Of a stretch of 64,000 bases of DNA, positions 48,583-57,505 are shown piece after piece; position 1 is the stretch's first letter; the number at the start of each line of letters is the position of its first letter. The stretch is from an uncultured Actinomycetes bacterium. GTDB lineage: Bacteria; Actinomycetota; Thermoleophilia; UBA2241. The translations under genes were made by a program, and so were the position numbers. The notes beneath the pieces were generated by a model. The model worked only from the letters and a program-made list of their open reading frames with translations, did not search any database and was not told where the DNA came from. The stretch is taken from positions 64,001 through 128,000 of the forward strand of contig CAVYCN010000010.1 of the NCBI GenBank assembly GCA_963767005.1, written 5' to 3'.

Positions 48583-50676
48583 ATGCGAGCAGCGGCCAGG
48601 CACCGGCTGGTCATGGGCGGTCACGTCAGTGTCGTCATCATCGTCTCTCTGCTTGCCCTCGGCGGCACCGCCTGGGCGCTCGCCGGTTGGGTGACGCAGC
48701 CCTCGGGCATGAACACCGGCCTCGCCGCTGTCGCCCTATCCGGGTCGAGCGACGGCTGGGCCGTGGGCGCCGGCGGCGTCATCCTGCATACGACCGATGG
48801 TGGCAGCGCCTGGGCGGCCCAGACCTCCGGGCTGGGCAGCGACCTTGCGGGCGTCGCCTTCGCCGACGCCGCCGACGGCTGGGCCGTGGGCGCCGGCGGC
48901 GTCATCCTGCATACGACCGATGGTGGCAGCGCCTGGGCGGCCCAGACCTCCGGGCTGGGCAGCGACCTTGCGGGCGTCGCCTTCGCCGACGCCGCCGACG
49001 GCTGGGCCGTGGGCGCCGGCGGCGTCATCCTGCATACGACCGATGGTGGCAGCGCCTGGGCGGCCCAGACCTCCGGGCTGGGCAGCGACCTTGCGGGCGT
49101 CGCCTTCGCCGACGCCGCCGACGGCTGGGCCGTGGGCGCCGGCGGCGTCATCCTGCATACGACCGATGGTGGCAGCGCCTGGGCGGCCCAGACCTCCGGG
49201 CTGGGCAGCGACCTTGCGGGCGTCGCCTTCGCCGACGCCGCCGACGGCTGGGCCGTGGGCGCCGGCGGCGTCATCCTGCATACGACCGATGGTGGCAGCG
49301 CCTGGGCGGCCCAGACCTCCGGGCTGGGCAGCGACCTTGCGGGCGTCGCCTTCGCCGACGCCGCCGACGGCTGGGCCGTGGGCGCCGGTGGCGTCATCCT
49401 GCATACGACCGATGGTGGCGCGAGCTGGACCTCGCAGACAGCGCCGGCCGGCACGACCGGCCTCGTCGCGGTGGCGGCGGTGAGCGCGCGACGGGCGAGC
49501 GCGGTCGGCGCGCAGGGGGCGATCTGCGCGACGGTGAGCAGCGGCGAGACCGATGCCACGCCGCCGACGACCGTCGCGACGGGGCTCGAGACCGACGCCC
49601 ACAGCGGCTGGCGCGACACCGCGGCGACCGTGTCCCTGGCCGCCACCGACACCGGCTCAGGCGTCGCCGCCACCTACGTCAGCGTCGACGGCGTCACGGC
49701 CAGGGCCTACGCGGCGCCCTTCACGATCTCGGCAGCCGGGTCGCATACCGTCGCGTACTGGTCGGTCGACGGCGCCGGCAACGTCGAGGCCCGCCAGACC
49801 GGCTACGTGAACATCGACAAGGGTCGCCCTACGTGCCTCGCGATCTCTCGCGTCGACACGCGGCCCGACACGACCGTGAGCTTCGTCTTTCGGGTCAACG
49901 ACCCGCTGCCGAGCTGCGGCAAGGCCGACGTGAAGATCGTGGTCAAGCGCGGCGGCAAGGTGCTCCAGACGATCACCCTGGCCGCTCTGCGCGTCAACGT
50001 GCGGCATACCTACAGCGAGCATCTGCACCTGGGCTACGGCGCCTACACGTGGGTCGTGACCGCGACCGACCTGGCCGGCAACGCCCAGCGCAGGGCCGGC
50101 AGCAACGCGCTACGCATCGTGTTGTGGCCGATCCACACCACGGCCGACGTGCAGCGCTGCCTCGTACACCTCAAGTACCTGCCGTCCGGCGCGGTCAGCG
50201 GTCGGCTCGACTACCGCACCGAGCAGGCGCTCACGGCCTTCCAGGCCTGGACCGGGCTCGTCCGCGACGGGATCGACGGCGTGAAGACGCGCAACGCGCT
50301 CGAGATGGCGAGATCGCCGCAGCCCCGGCGCGAGTCGGCGAGCGGCCACTACGCCGAAGTGTTCCGCAGCCTGGGTGTGCTGATCTGCGTGAACGACGGC
50401 AAGCTCGTCCGGGTCGTGCACTGCTCGACCGGCCGTCCCAGCCTGCCGACGCCTGCCGGGCGCTTCAGCATCTTCGTGAAGTCGCTCGACTGGTGGTCGA
50501 CCGCCTACGGCGACTGGATGCCGTTCGCGAGCTTCTTCTCGGGCGGCGATGCCATCCACGGCTTCCCCTACGTGCCCGCCTATCCGGCGTCGCACGGCTG
50601 CGTGCGCATCTCGATGCCCGAGGCGCCGTGGGTCTACACGTTCATGTACTACGGCGCGGCCGTCTTCGTCTACTGA
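48583..50676 (+). CDS. Secreted multidomain L,D-transpeptidase: YCF48/BNR propeller, Ig repeat, shared basic domain, PG-binding domain, YkuD
   Basis: Propeller repeats; YWSVDGAGNVE; TEQALTAFQAWTGLVRDGIDG; STG...TPAGRF; DAIHG...PAYPASHGCVR. Confidence 0.88.
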   Translation: MRAAARHRLVMGGHVSVVIIVSLLALGGTAWALAGWVTQPSGMNTGLAAVALSGSSDGWAVGAGGVILHTTDGGSAWAAQTSGLGSDLAGVAFADAADGWAVGAGGVILHTTDGGSAWAAQTSGLGSDLAGVAFADAADGWAVGAGGVILHTTDGGSAWAAQTSGLGSDLAGVAFADAADGWAVGAGGVILHTTDGGSAWAAQTSGLGSDLAGVAFADAADGWAVGAGGVILHTTDGGSAWAAQTSGLGSDLAGVAFADAADGWAVGAGGVILHTTDGGASWTSQTAPAGTTGLVAVAAVSARRASAVGAQGAICATVSSGETDATPPTTVATGLETDAHSGWRDTAATVSLAATDTGSGVAATYVSVDGVTARAYAAPFTISAAGSHTVAYWSVDGAGNVEARQTGYVNIDKGRPTCLAISRVDTRPDTTVSFVFRVNDPLPSCGKADVKIVVKRGGKVLQTITLAALRVNVRHTYSEHLHLGYGAYTWVVTATDLAGNAQRRAGSNALRIVLWPIHTTADVQRCLVHLKYLPSGAVSGRLDYRTEQALTAFQAWTGLVRDGIDGVKTRNALEMARSPQPRRESASGHYAEVFRSLGVLICVNDGKLVRVVHCSTGRPSLPTPAGRFSIFVKSLDWWSTAYGDWMPFASFFSGGDAIHGFPYVPAYPASHGCVRISMPEAPWVYTFMYYGAAVFVY
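48751..49420. repeat. 123-bp perfect coding tandem repeat, 5 copies plus a partial sixth
   Basis: Units start at 48751, 48874, 48997, 49120, 49243 and 49366; unit peptide DGWAVGAGGVILHTTDGGSAWAAQTSGLGSDLAGVAFADAA. Confidence 0.95.
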
Positions 50677-50712
50677 CGCGTCCCGGCTACGCGAGGGTGC
50701 AGGCGGCGCCGG

Positions 50713-51033
50713 TCAGGCGACCCGCCGCAGCTCGCGTTCACGCGTGACGAGCGGTACCGCCGGGCGACCATGGCGCGAGGGAGCCGCGACCCAGGTGGGC
50801 TTGTCGGGCACGCGCGCGAGGCATGTCGCGCAGAGCGCGATGTCGCGTTCGAAGCGGCGCACGTGGGCGACCGGCTCGCCCATCACTATGGTCCGTCCGC
50901 AGCGGTCGCATGCCTCGACCGCCCAGCGAGCGGCGAATGCCACCCCCTCGTCGCGTCCTGCCCGGGTCGCGCCGCCCTTGCGGCGTGTGGACCGTTGCTG
51001 GACGTTCGACGGATATCCCCGACCACTACTCAT
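50713..51033 (-). CDS. Small hypothetical protein with CxxC...CxxC zinc-ribbon motif
   Basis: CDRC and CATC; RBS GAGAGAGGG before ATG 51033. Confidence 0.55.
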   Translation of the reverse strand: MSSGRGYPSNVQQRSTRRKGGATRAGRDEGVAFAARWAVEACDRCGRTIVMGEPVAHVRRFERDIALCATCLARVPDKPTWVAAPSRHGRPAVPLVTRERELRRVA

Positions 51034-51124
51034 GACGCCCTCTCTCCCCGTCCCCGCGCATCCCTCCGGCGGGCTGTGATCGCCTGATTCCCAGCGGCGC
51101 GCCGGCAGTAACGCGGAATCGGCG

Positions 51125-52591
51125 CTAGCGTCGCGGGCCGCCGCCGGTCCCGGCGGCGGCCCGCGACGGCCGATCGTCGCGGCACATCCCAGGGGCATCG
51201 ATCGGGCATGAGTAGCGCAGGCTCTCCTGGACCGCGGCCGGGGACGCCGGCGCGCGACGGATGGTGATCGCCGACACCACGCCGCCGAGCGCGCAGGCGC
51301 CCCCGGTCAGCCACATCGCCAGGCGAAAGCCGGCGCCGAAGCTCGCCGGATGCAGGTAGCTCGAGGCCGCCAGTCCGGCCGCGGCCGGCACCACGGCCAC
51401 GGCGATCAGCCCGGCGGCCCGGGCGACGGCGTTGTTGACCGCCGACGCGAGGCCGGCGTGCTCGACCGGAGCGGCGGCCAGCACGGTCGCCGTGAGCGGC
51501 GACACGGTGAGGGCCAGGCCGAGGGAGAACACGACAATGGCCGGCAGGAAGACGCTCGCGTACGAGGTGCCGGCCTGCACACGCGAGAGCGCGGCGAGGC
51601 CGGCGCCGGCGACGATCGGTCCCAGGGTCATGGGCAGGCGTGGGCCGATCCGCTGGGACAGTTTGCCGGCCTGGGGCGACAGCACGAGCATCACCAGCGT
51701 GATGGGCAACAGGGCGGTGCCGGCCTCGAAAGGGGAGTACCCGAGCACCTGCTGGAGCTGGATCGGGATGAGGAACAGCGCGCCGCCGAGGGCGCCGTAG
51801 ACCGCGAAGGTCGCGAGGTTGGCGCCGCTGAACTGGCGGGCGCGGAAGATGCCGAGCGGCAGCATCGGCTGCGCGGTGCGGCGCTCGACGAGCACGAACA
51901 CGAGGGTCGCGACGATGGCGACCGCCAGGGCAGCCACGACGCGGCCCGCCGACCAGCCGGCGGCGGTCCCCTCGATCAAGCCGTAGATCAGCGCGCCGAG
52001 GCCCACGGTGGCAAGAGCGGCGCCGGGCGCGTCGAGCCGGCCGGCCGTCGGGTCGCGCGTCTCCGGCACGTGACGCAGGGCGATCCAGACGACCGCGACG
52101 ACGAGCGGCAGGTTGATCAGGAAGATGAGCCGCCACGACACGGCCTGGATGAGGTAGCCGCCCACGAACGGCCCGACCGCGGTCGCGACGCCGGCGAGGC
52201 CCGACCAGGCGCCGATCGCCTGGGCGCGGTCACGCGGGTCGAAGGTCGCCTGCAGGATCGCGAGGCTTTCGGGCGTGAGCAGGGCCGCGCCGACGCCCTG
52301 CAGGGCTCGCGCGAGGATGAGGACGGCCGGGCTCGGCGCGAGGCCGCAGGCCGCCGAGGCGAGGGCGAACCACACGACGCCGATCACGAAGCCGCGGCGG
52401 CGACCGTACCGGTCGCCGATCGAGCCGCCGACGAGGATGAACGAGGCGAGCGTCAGGGTGTACGCGGTCACCGTCCACTGCAGGGTGGTGAGGCCGCTGT
52501 GGAAGGTGCGCCCGATCGCCGGCAGCGCCACGTTGACGACCGTGCCGTCGAGCATCACGATGCCGGCGCCCAGGACCGCGGCCGCGACCAC
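51125..52591 (-). CDS. MFS transporter, DHA2 (EmrB/QacA) family
   Basis: LDGTVVNVALP, GGSIGDRYGRRR, ARALQGVGAALL, WRLIFLINLP. The true start is probably further upstream (see findings). Confidence 0.9.
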   Translation of the reverse strand: MVAAAVLGAGIVMLDGTVVNVALPAIGRTFHSGLTTLQWTVTAYTLTLASFILVGGSIGDRYGRRRGFVIGVVWFALASAACGLAPSPAVLILARALQGVGAALLTPESLAILQATFDPRDRAQAIGAWSGLAGVATAVGPFVGGYLIQAVSWRLIFLINLPLVVAVVWIALRHVPETRDPTAGRLDAPGAALATVGLGALIYGLIEGTAAGWSAGRVVAALAVAIVATLVFVLVERRTAQPMLPLGIFRARQFSGANLATFAVYGALGGALFLIPIQLQQVLGYSPFEAGTALLPITLVMLVLSPQAGKLSQRIGPRLPMTLGPIVAGAGLAALSRVQAGTSYASVFLPAIVVFSLGLALTVSPLTATVLAAAPVEHAGLASAVNNAVARAAGLIAVAVVPAAAGLAASSYLHPASFGAGFRLAMWLTGGACALGGVVSAITIRRAPASPAAVQESLRYSCPIDAPGMCRDDRPSRAAAGTGGGPRR

Positions 52592-52661
52592 CCAGCGGCC
52601 CTGCGCGCTGTGGAGCCGCAGGCCGGCGGAGCGTGTCTCGCGCTCGATCGGTCTGCCGCGC

Positions 52662-52877
52662 TCAGGCTGCGTCGCGGCCCTCGGCGAGCGGGTCGAGTCC
52701 GAGATGACGGCGGACCGTCACGGCGAGCGCCGCGAGGCGCTCGTCGCAGACGGCGAGCTCGTCGATCACATCGCCGGGCAGCTCCAGCAGGAGCATACCA
52801 GCCACCAGGGCGCGGCAGCCCTCGACGTCCTCGAGGATCTGGGCGAGCAGATACGTGTGGTTGTCGTTGAGACTCAC
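52662..52877 (-). CDS. Small hypothetical protein (71 aa, helical)
   Basis: Good GC3 codon usage and natural amino-acid composition; no clear RBS. Confidence 0.5.
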   Translation of the reverse strand: MSLNDNHTYLLAQILEDVEGCRALVAGMLLLELPGDVIDELAVCDERLAALAVTVRRHLGLDPLAEGRDAA

Positions 52878-53000
52878 AGAAGCACCAACGCCGATGCGAG
52901 CTTTCCGGAGTCGCCGGTCGACGGTCCTCAGCCGATCGCCGGCCGGCTACGGTCTCTTCTTCGCAATACCCCGGCGCCGCGCGGGATAGCCCATTAGCGT

Positions 53001-53040
53001 GGCGGTCGTCGCCCCGGCTGCGGCGGTCGTCGCCCCGGCT
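53001..53040. repeat. 19-bp direct repeat (period 21) at the 3' end of the Mrr-like gene
   Basis: ggcggtcgtcgccccggct at 53001 and 53022. Confidence 0.7.
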
Positions 53041-54073
53041 ACGGCGTGGCGAGATCGGGCAGCGCGTCGGTGAGCGAGCCCAGGCCCGCCGTCAGGGCCT
53101 CTGAGAGCCGGTCGTCGATCTCGCCGGTGGTCGCGTCGACCGCGACCACCCGGCGGGCGGCGCCCTGCCGCAGCACGGCGGCGTAGACGGGCAGGTGGCA
53201 GGCGACGGTCTCGTCGATCGTGAGGGAGTCGGCCGGCAGCGGCAGGCCGAGCTCCTCGGCGGCGAGCTCCCAGCGCCGGCGGGTGGCCTCGCGCGTCACG
53301 GTCCGCCAGCGCGCGAACGTGGTCTCGATCTCGCGGCGCAGCGCCGCCGGCCTGACGCGGGTGGGCAGGCGATGGGCGCCGAGCACGACCTCGCCGGGAC
53401 GGGGGTCGTCGGCGTAGCTTGCCAGCAAACGTCCGTCGAGCGCCTCGTAGAGGTTATAGACGGACGAGTGCCGGGCGTGGCGGCGCAGGCGGCCTTGCTC
53501 ACGCGTGCAGCCCAGCGTGAGCAGCAGGCAGGGCAGCCACAGCAGGTCGAACCACAGGACCTCCTCGGCGCCGAGGCCGAGCACGCCCTTGCCGCGGCGG
53601 CGCTCCGCGAGGCGGGCGGCGCGCTCGGGGGCGACGGTGACGGCGAAGCCGAGCGCCGCCGCCCCCGAGCGCGCCGCCCCGAGCTGGGCGAGGCGCGCCC
53701 GGCCGAGACGCCGCTCGAGCTCGTCCGGTCCCCAGACCTCGACGCCGAGCTCGCTCGCCGACAGCCCGGCGCCGTCGGTCGCGCCGCTCAGGGCGACGAC
53801 GATCGTCTTGTCGGCGCCGACGTCGGCGCTCACGAAGGCCGCCTTGGCCAGCACCTGCTTGTCGACCGGATGGCCCCAGGCCTTGCACTCCACGACGAGG
53901 GAGAAGGACGTGAGGCCGTCGTTCTTCTCGGCGTAGACGTCGATCTCGTGCCGCGCGCCGGAGCGCCCGGTGAGCACGACGTTGCGGCGGGCGGCATAGC
54001 CGCCCGCCGCCAGCGCCTCGGCCACCTCGGCCTCGAGGCGCCGACCCTTCTCTGACTCACGCTCGTCGGACAC
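53039..54073 (-). CDS. Mrr-like PD-(D/E)xK restriction endonuclease domain protein with unknown C-terminal domain
   Basis: KGRRLEAEV, GRSGARHEIDV, VVECKAW, GVEVW. Start re-assigned to GTG 54073. Confidence 0.75.
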   Translation of the reverse strand: MSDERESEKGRRLEAEVAEALAAGGYAARRNVVLTGRSGARHEIDVYAEKNDGLTSFSLVVECKAWGHPVDKQVLAKAAFVSADVGADKTIVVALSGATDGAGLSASELGVEVWGPDELERRLGRARLAQLGAARSGAAALGFAVTVAPERAARLAERRRGKGVLGLGAEEVLWFDLLWLPCLLLTLGCTREQGRLRRHARHSSVYNLYEALDGRLLASYADDPRPGEVVLGAHRLPTRVRPAALRREIETTFARWRTVTREATRRRWELAAEELGLPLPADSLTIDETVACHLPVYAAVLRQGAARRVVAVDATTGEIDDRLSEALTAGLGSLTDALPDLATP

Positions 54074-54239
54074 AGTCGCTCGATGAGAGGGGCAGCGGCC
54101 GGTCTCGCGGTCGTCCCGGATGGAGCGCCGCCCTCGGTCTCGCCTCAGAGTTCGACATCGCCGGAGTCTTTCTTGCCGCCGCCGGCGCTGTAGACTTGGC
54201 GACGGCTCGAGCCAAAACGACTGGTAGCGGAGGGAGCAC

Positions 54240-54848
54240 ATGAGCCTGGCCAAGCGACTCGACGCGCTGCGCGAGCGGGCGCAGCGCGACGTCATCAACT
54301 ACGACGACGATGCGCTGCTGTCGTCTCGTGCGACGGCGATCCCGGGCGAGGTGGCCGACCGGCACTACCTCGCCCCCGTGCGCCTGCGCGGCGTGATGTT
54401 CGACACGCCCCGGTCGGTGCTCATGGGCGTGGCCGGCGAGCCCGGCCTCGAGGCGCCCGGCGGCCAGCCGGTCGTGGTCCGCGGCACCCGCGTGAACCTG
54501 TACGTGACGGTCGACGGCGTCTCGTCGCTCGCCTTCCTGCACGAAGAGGACGAAGACTTCGCGCAGGCCCACATCGAGGTCGAACCCGAAGAGCGGCGCC
54601 TGGTCGTCCGTTACCTCGCCGAGCACCCCGACGCCGCCCAGGCCAACCAGTTCTTCGAGCGCAGCGTCAAGTACATCGAGGCCGAGGTGAAGCGCGCCAA
54701 CGAGGTGGTGCGGGAGTTCAACGACGGCCTCGTGCCGGCCCTGACCGACGCGCTCGAACGGGCCTGTAAGTGGGCCAAGGAGCGCCGCGACTTCGCGAAC
54801 AAGCTCACGCCGCCGCGCCTCCAGGAGGGCATCTGGTCGCGGGGCTGA
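54240..54848 (+). CDS. Hypothetical protein (202 aa)
   Basis: RBS GGAGGGAG, strong coding-like codon usage, C-terminal amphipathic helices. Confidence 0.8.
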   Translation: MSLAKRLDALRERAQRDVINYDDDALLSSRATAIPGEVADRHYLAPVRLRGVMFDTPRSVLMGVAGEPGLEAPGGQPVVVRGTRVNLYVTVDGVSSLAFLHEEDEDFAQAHIEVEPEERRLVVRYLAEHPDAAQANQFFERSVKYIEAEVKRANEVVREFNDGLVPALTDALERACKWAKERRDFANKLTPPRLQEGIWSRG

Positions 54849-54903
54849 CGGGAGCCCGCAGACACCGGCGCCGCGCCGCGCCGCTCTTCTCCGTGCGAGG
54901 CCG

Positions 54904-54931
54904 TTAACCGAACGCCGGTTTCGGCCGATGT
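54904..54931 (+). promoter_or_regulatory. Putative sigma-28-type promoter
   Basis: TTAAC-N15-GCCGATGT. Confidence 0.6.
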
Positions 54932-54999
54932 AGGGACCGTGGGTGACGGACCGCCCGCGCGACGGCGACGGCCCGGCCGGGTCTGCGTGAGGAGAGCGA

Positions 55000-56268
55000 G
55001 TGCTCCTGCAGGGAAATCTCAAGGAATTCAGCCTTCCGAACGTCCTTCAGCTCGTCAAGATGAGCGCCAAGACCGGCGCCCTGTCGATCACGCGGCAGGG
55101 CGAGTCGGGCAAGATCTTCTTCCGCGCGGGCCAGGTCTACTTTGCGACGGCCGATCCGGGCACAATGCCGCTCGGCGAGCGCCTCGTGAAATCCGGCCAT
55201 CTCACGAACAAGCAACTGCGTACCGCGCTCAGCGAGCAGAAGAAGCAGGCGGCCAAGGGGCGGATCGGGGCCATCCTTCTCGAGCACGGCTACATCGACC
55301 GGCCCACGCTCGAGCAGGCCGTGCGCGACCAGATCGAAGACGTCACCTTCAACTTCTTCAGCTGGACCGACGGCGACTTCATGTTCGAGGCCGACGAGGC
55401 CGTGACCGACGAAGACATCTTCGTCGAGATGAACGTCGAATCGGTCATCATGGAGGGCTGCCGGCGCATCGACGAGTGGGAGCTGATCTTCGCGACGCTC
55501 GGCTCGCTCGAGCGCGTGCCGCACCTTGCCTACGACGAGCGGGTCGAGAAGGACGGCGGCGTCGAGCTCACCGCCGACCAGTGGCGCGTCGCCTGCCTGG
55601 TCGACGGACGCCACGACATCAACACGGTGCTCACCGAGTGCGGCCTCGACCGTTTCAACGGCGCCAAGATCATCTACGAGCTGCACCAGTCGGGGCTGGT
55701 CGCCGTCGAGGACTCGGCCATCGAGGAGATCGGCCGCAGCCGCACCATCATGGTGCGCGGCCCGATCGACGTGTACAACCAGGTCTTCATCAACACGCTG
55801 GCCGACAGCAACGTGACCGAGCATCTGCGCGTCGAGCTCGTCAACGACCGCGAGGTCGAGGTGCCGATGTTCGCCGCGAGCTACGCCGGCAACGGTGCGG
55901 GGCACAGCGACGGGTCGCCTGCCGGCGACGGCGACACGCTGGTCGTGACGGCGACCGTGAGCTCGCCTGAAGAGATCTGGCGGCGCTTCGCCGAGCAGAG
56001 CGCCGCCTTCATCGTGCTCGCCAACGCCAACTCGATCGACAGCCTCAAGGCGTCGGTGCGCGACCTGGGCTTCGTGCGCAAGCTCGGCGAGATGCCGATC
56101 GTGGTCGCCACCTACGTGTCGATGGAAGAGGACTTGCTCGAGGCCAGTACCGTGGCCAAGACCCTGGGCCTCGCCGATACCATCCCCGTGCTGTCCTGCG
56201 TCCTGCGCGACCGGGCTTCGGTCGAGGCCGTCGTGCACCGCGCGATCGAGCTCACCGCCGGCGGCTGA
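55000..56268 (+). CDS. DUF4388 (PATAN-like) domain protein with C-terminal degenerate small-GTPase-like domain
   Basis: LQGNLKEFSLPNVLQL..KTGAL, LGERLV..G, RIGAILLEHG, FSWTDGDF.F, IMEGCRRIDEW; RBS AGGAGA. Confidence 0.85.
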   Translation: MLLQGNLKEFSLPNVLQLVKMSAKTGALSITRQGESGKIFFRAGQVYFATADPGTMPLGERLVKSGHLTNKQLRTALSEQKKQAAKGRIGAILLEHGYIDRPTLEQAVRDQIEDVTFNFFSWTDGDFMFEADEAVTDEDIFVEMNVESVIMEGCRRIDEWELIFATLGSLERVPHLAYDERVEKDGGVELTADQWRVACLVDGRHDINTVLTECGLDRFNGAKIIYELHQSGLVAVEDSAIEEIGRSRTIMVRGPIDVYNQVFINTLADSNVTEHLRVELVNDREVEVPMFAASYAGNGAGHSDGSPAGDGDTLVVTATVSSPEEIWRRFAEQSAAFIVLANANSIDSLKASVRDLGFVRKLGEMPIVVATYVSMEEDLLEASTVAKTLGLADTIPVLSCVLRDRASVEAVVHRAIELTAGG

Positions 56269-56342
56269 CCGCGGCCCGGGTCTGCACCCTGCGACCGGCG
56301 CACCAGGCAGAGCCGGTGCCCCCCGCGACATCGGCGGCGGTC

Positions 56343-56372
56343 TTGTCAGCGCGCGCCGGCGGGGAATAGATT
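56343..56372 (+). promoter_or_regulatory. Putative housekeeping promoter for hemB
   Basis: TTGTCA-N18-TAGATT. Confidence 0.5.
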
Positions 56373-56417
56373 CCTGGCAGCCCCGACCGGGCCTCGCCTA
56401 TGGAAGGACCTGATCAC

Positions 56418-57401
56418 ATGTACTACCCCGCCTACCGCATGCGGCGTCTGCGGCGTACGCCCACGATCCGGCGCATGATGCGCGAGACCGCGCTGTCCCC
56501 CGACGACCTCATCTACCCGTTGTTCGTGACGCACGGCGAGAACGTCAAGCGGGCGATCCCCTCGATGCCCGGCTGCGAGCAGCTCTCAATCGGCAACCTC
56601 CTGCCCGAGGTGCGCGAGATCAGCAAGCTCGGCATTCCCGCCGTCCTGCTGTTCGGCATCCCCTCGCACAAGGACTCGGCGGCGAGTAGCGCCTACGATC
56701 CCGAGGGCGTGGTGCAGCTCGCCATCAGGGCGATCAAGGACGAGGTCCCCGACCTCGTCGTCATGACCGACGTCTGCCTGTGCGAGTACATGGACCATGG
56801 CCACTGCGGTGTCGTGCAGAACGGCGAGATCGCGAACGACGTCACTCTCGAGCTGCTCGCCAAGATGGCGGTCAGCCACGTCGAGGCCGGCGCCGACGTC
56901 GTGGCGCCGTCCGACATGATGGACGGCCGCGTCGCGGCCATCCGCGCCGCGCTCGACGACGAGGGCTACACCGACGCCATCATCATGGCCTACTCGGCGA
57001 AGTTCGCGTCGGCCTTCTACGGTCCGTTCCGCGACGCCGCCGAGTCGCCGCCCCTGTTCGGCGACCGCAAGACCTATCAGATGGACATCGCCAACGGCGA
57101 AGAGGCCGTGCGCGAGGCCCTGCTCGACATCGAAGAGGGCGCCGACATCGTCATGGTCAAGCCGGCGCTCTCCTACCTGGACGTCGTCAAGATGGTGAAG
57201 CAGGAGACCAAGTTCCCGCTCGCCGCCTACAACGTGAGTGGCGAGTACGCGATGATCAAGGCGGCCGCCAAGAACGGCTGGCTCGACGAGCGCGCCTGCG
57301 TCATGGAGGCGCTGACGTCGATCAAGCGGGCCGGCGCCGACCTCATCATCACCTATCACGCCAAGGACGCCGTGCGCTGGATGGCAGAGGAGGAGTTCTA
57401 G
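56418..57401 (+). CDS. hemB: Porphobilinogen synthase (Zn-type)
   Basis: [58 protein letters not shown]. Confidence 0.97.
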   Translation: MYYPAYRMRRLRRTPTIRRMMRETALSPDDLIYPLFVTHGENVKRAIPSMPGCEQLSIGNLLPEVREISKLGIPAVLLFGIPSHKDSAASSAYDPEGVVQLAIRAIKDEVPDLVVMTDVCLCEYMDHGHCGVVQNGEIANDVTLELLAKMAVSHVEAGADVVAPSDMMDGRVAAIRAALDDEGYTDAIIMAYSAKFASAFYGPFRDAAESPPLFGDRKTYQMDIANGEEAVREALLDIEEGADIVMVKPALSYLDVVKMVKQETKFPLAAYNVSGEYAMIKAAAKNGWLDERACVMEALTSIKRAGADLIITYHAKDAVRWMAEEEF

Positions 57402-57435
57402 GCGCGGAAGAGAGCGGCCTGGCGCGGCGTGGCCC

Positions 57436-57488
57436 GCGGGCGACGGGGGCGGGCAACGGCCGCGCCGTTGCCCGCCCCCGTCGCCCGC
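57436..57488. terminator. Long perfect inverted repeat (25-bp stem) between hemB and ahbD
   Basis: gcgggcgacgggggcgggcaacggc-cgc-gccgttgcccgcccccgtcgcccgc. Confidence 0.75.
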
Positions 57489-57505
57489 TCCATACTCCCC
57501 TTCGG

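Noticed and set aside
48751-49420. CRISPR-like regular repeats (also 5030-8830)
   Set aside because: No unique spacers, unit lengths are multiples of 3 inside CDS, and no cas genes.
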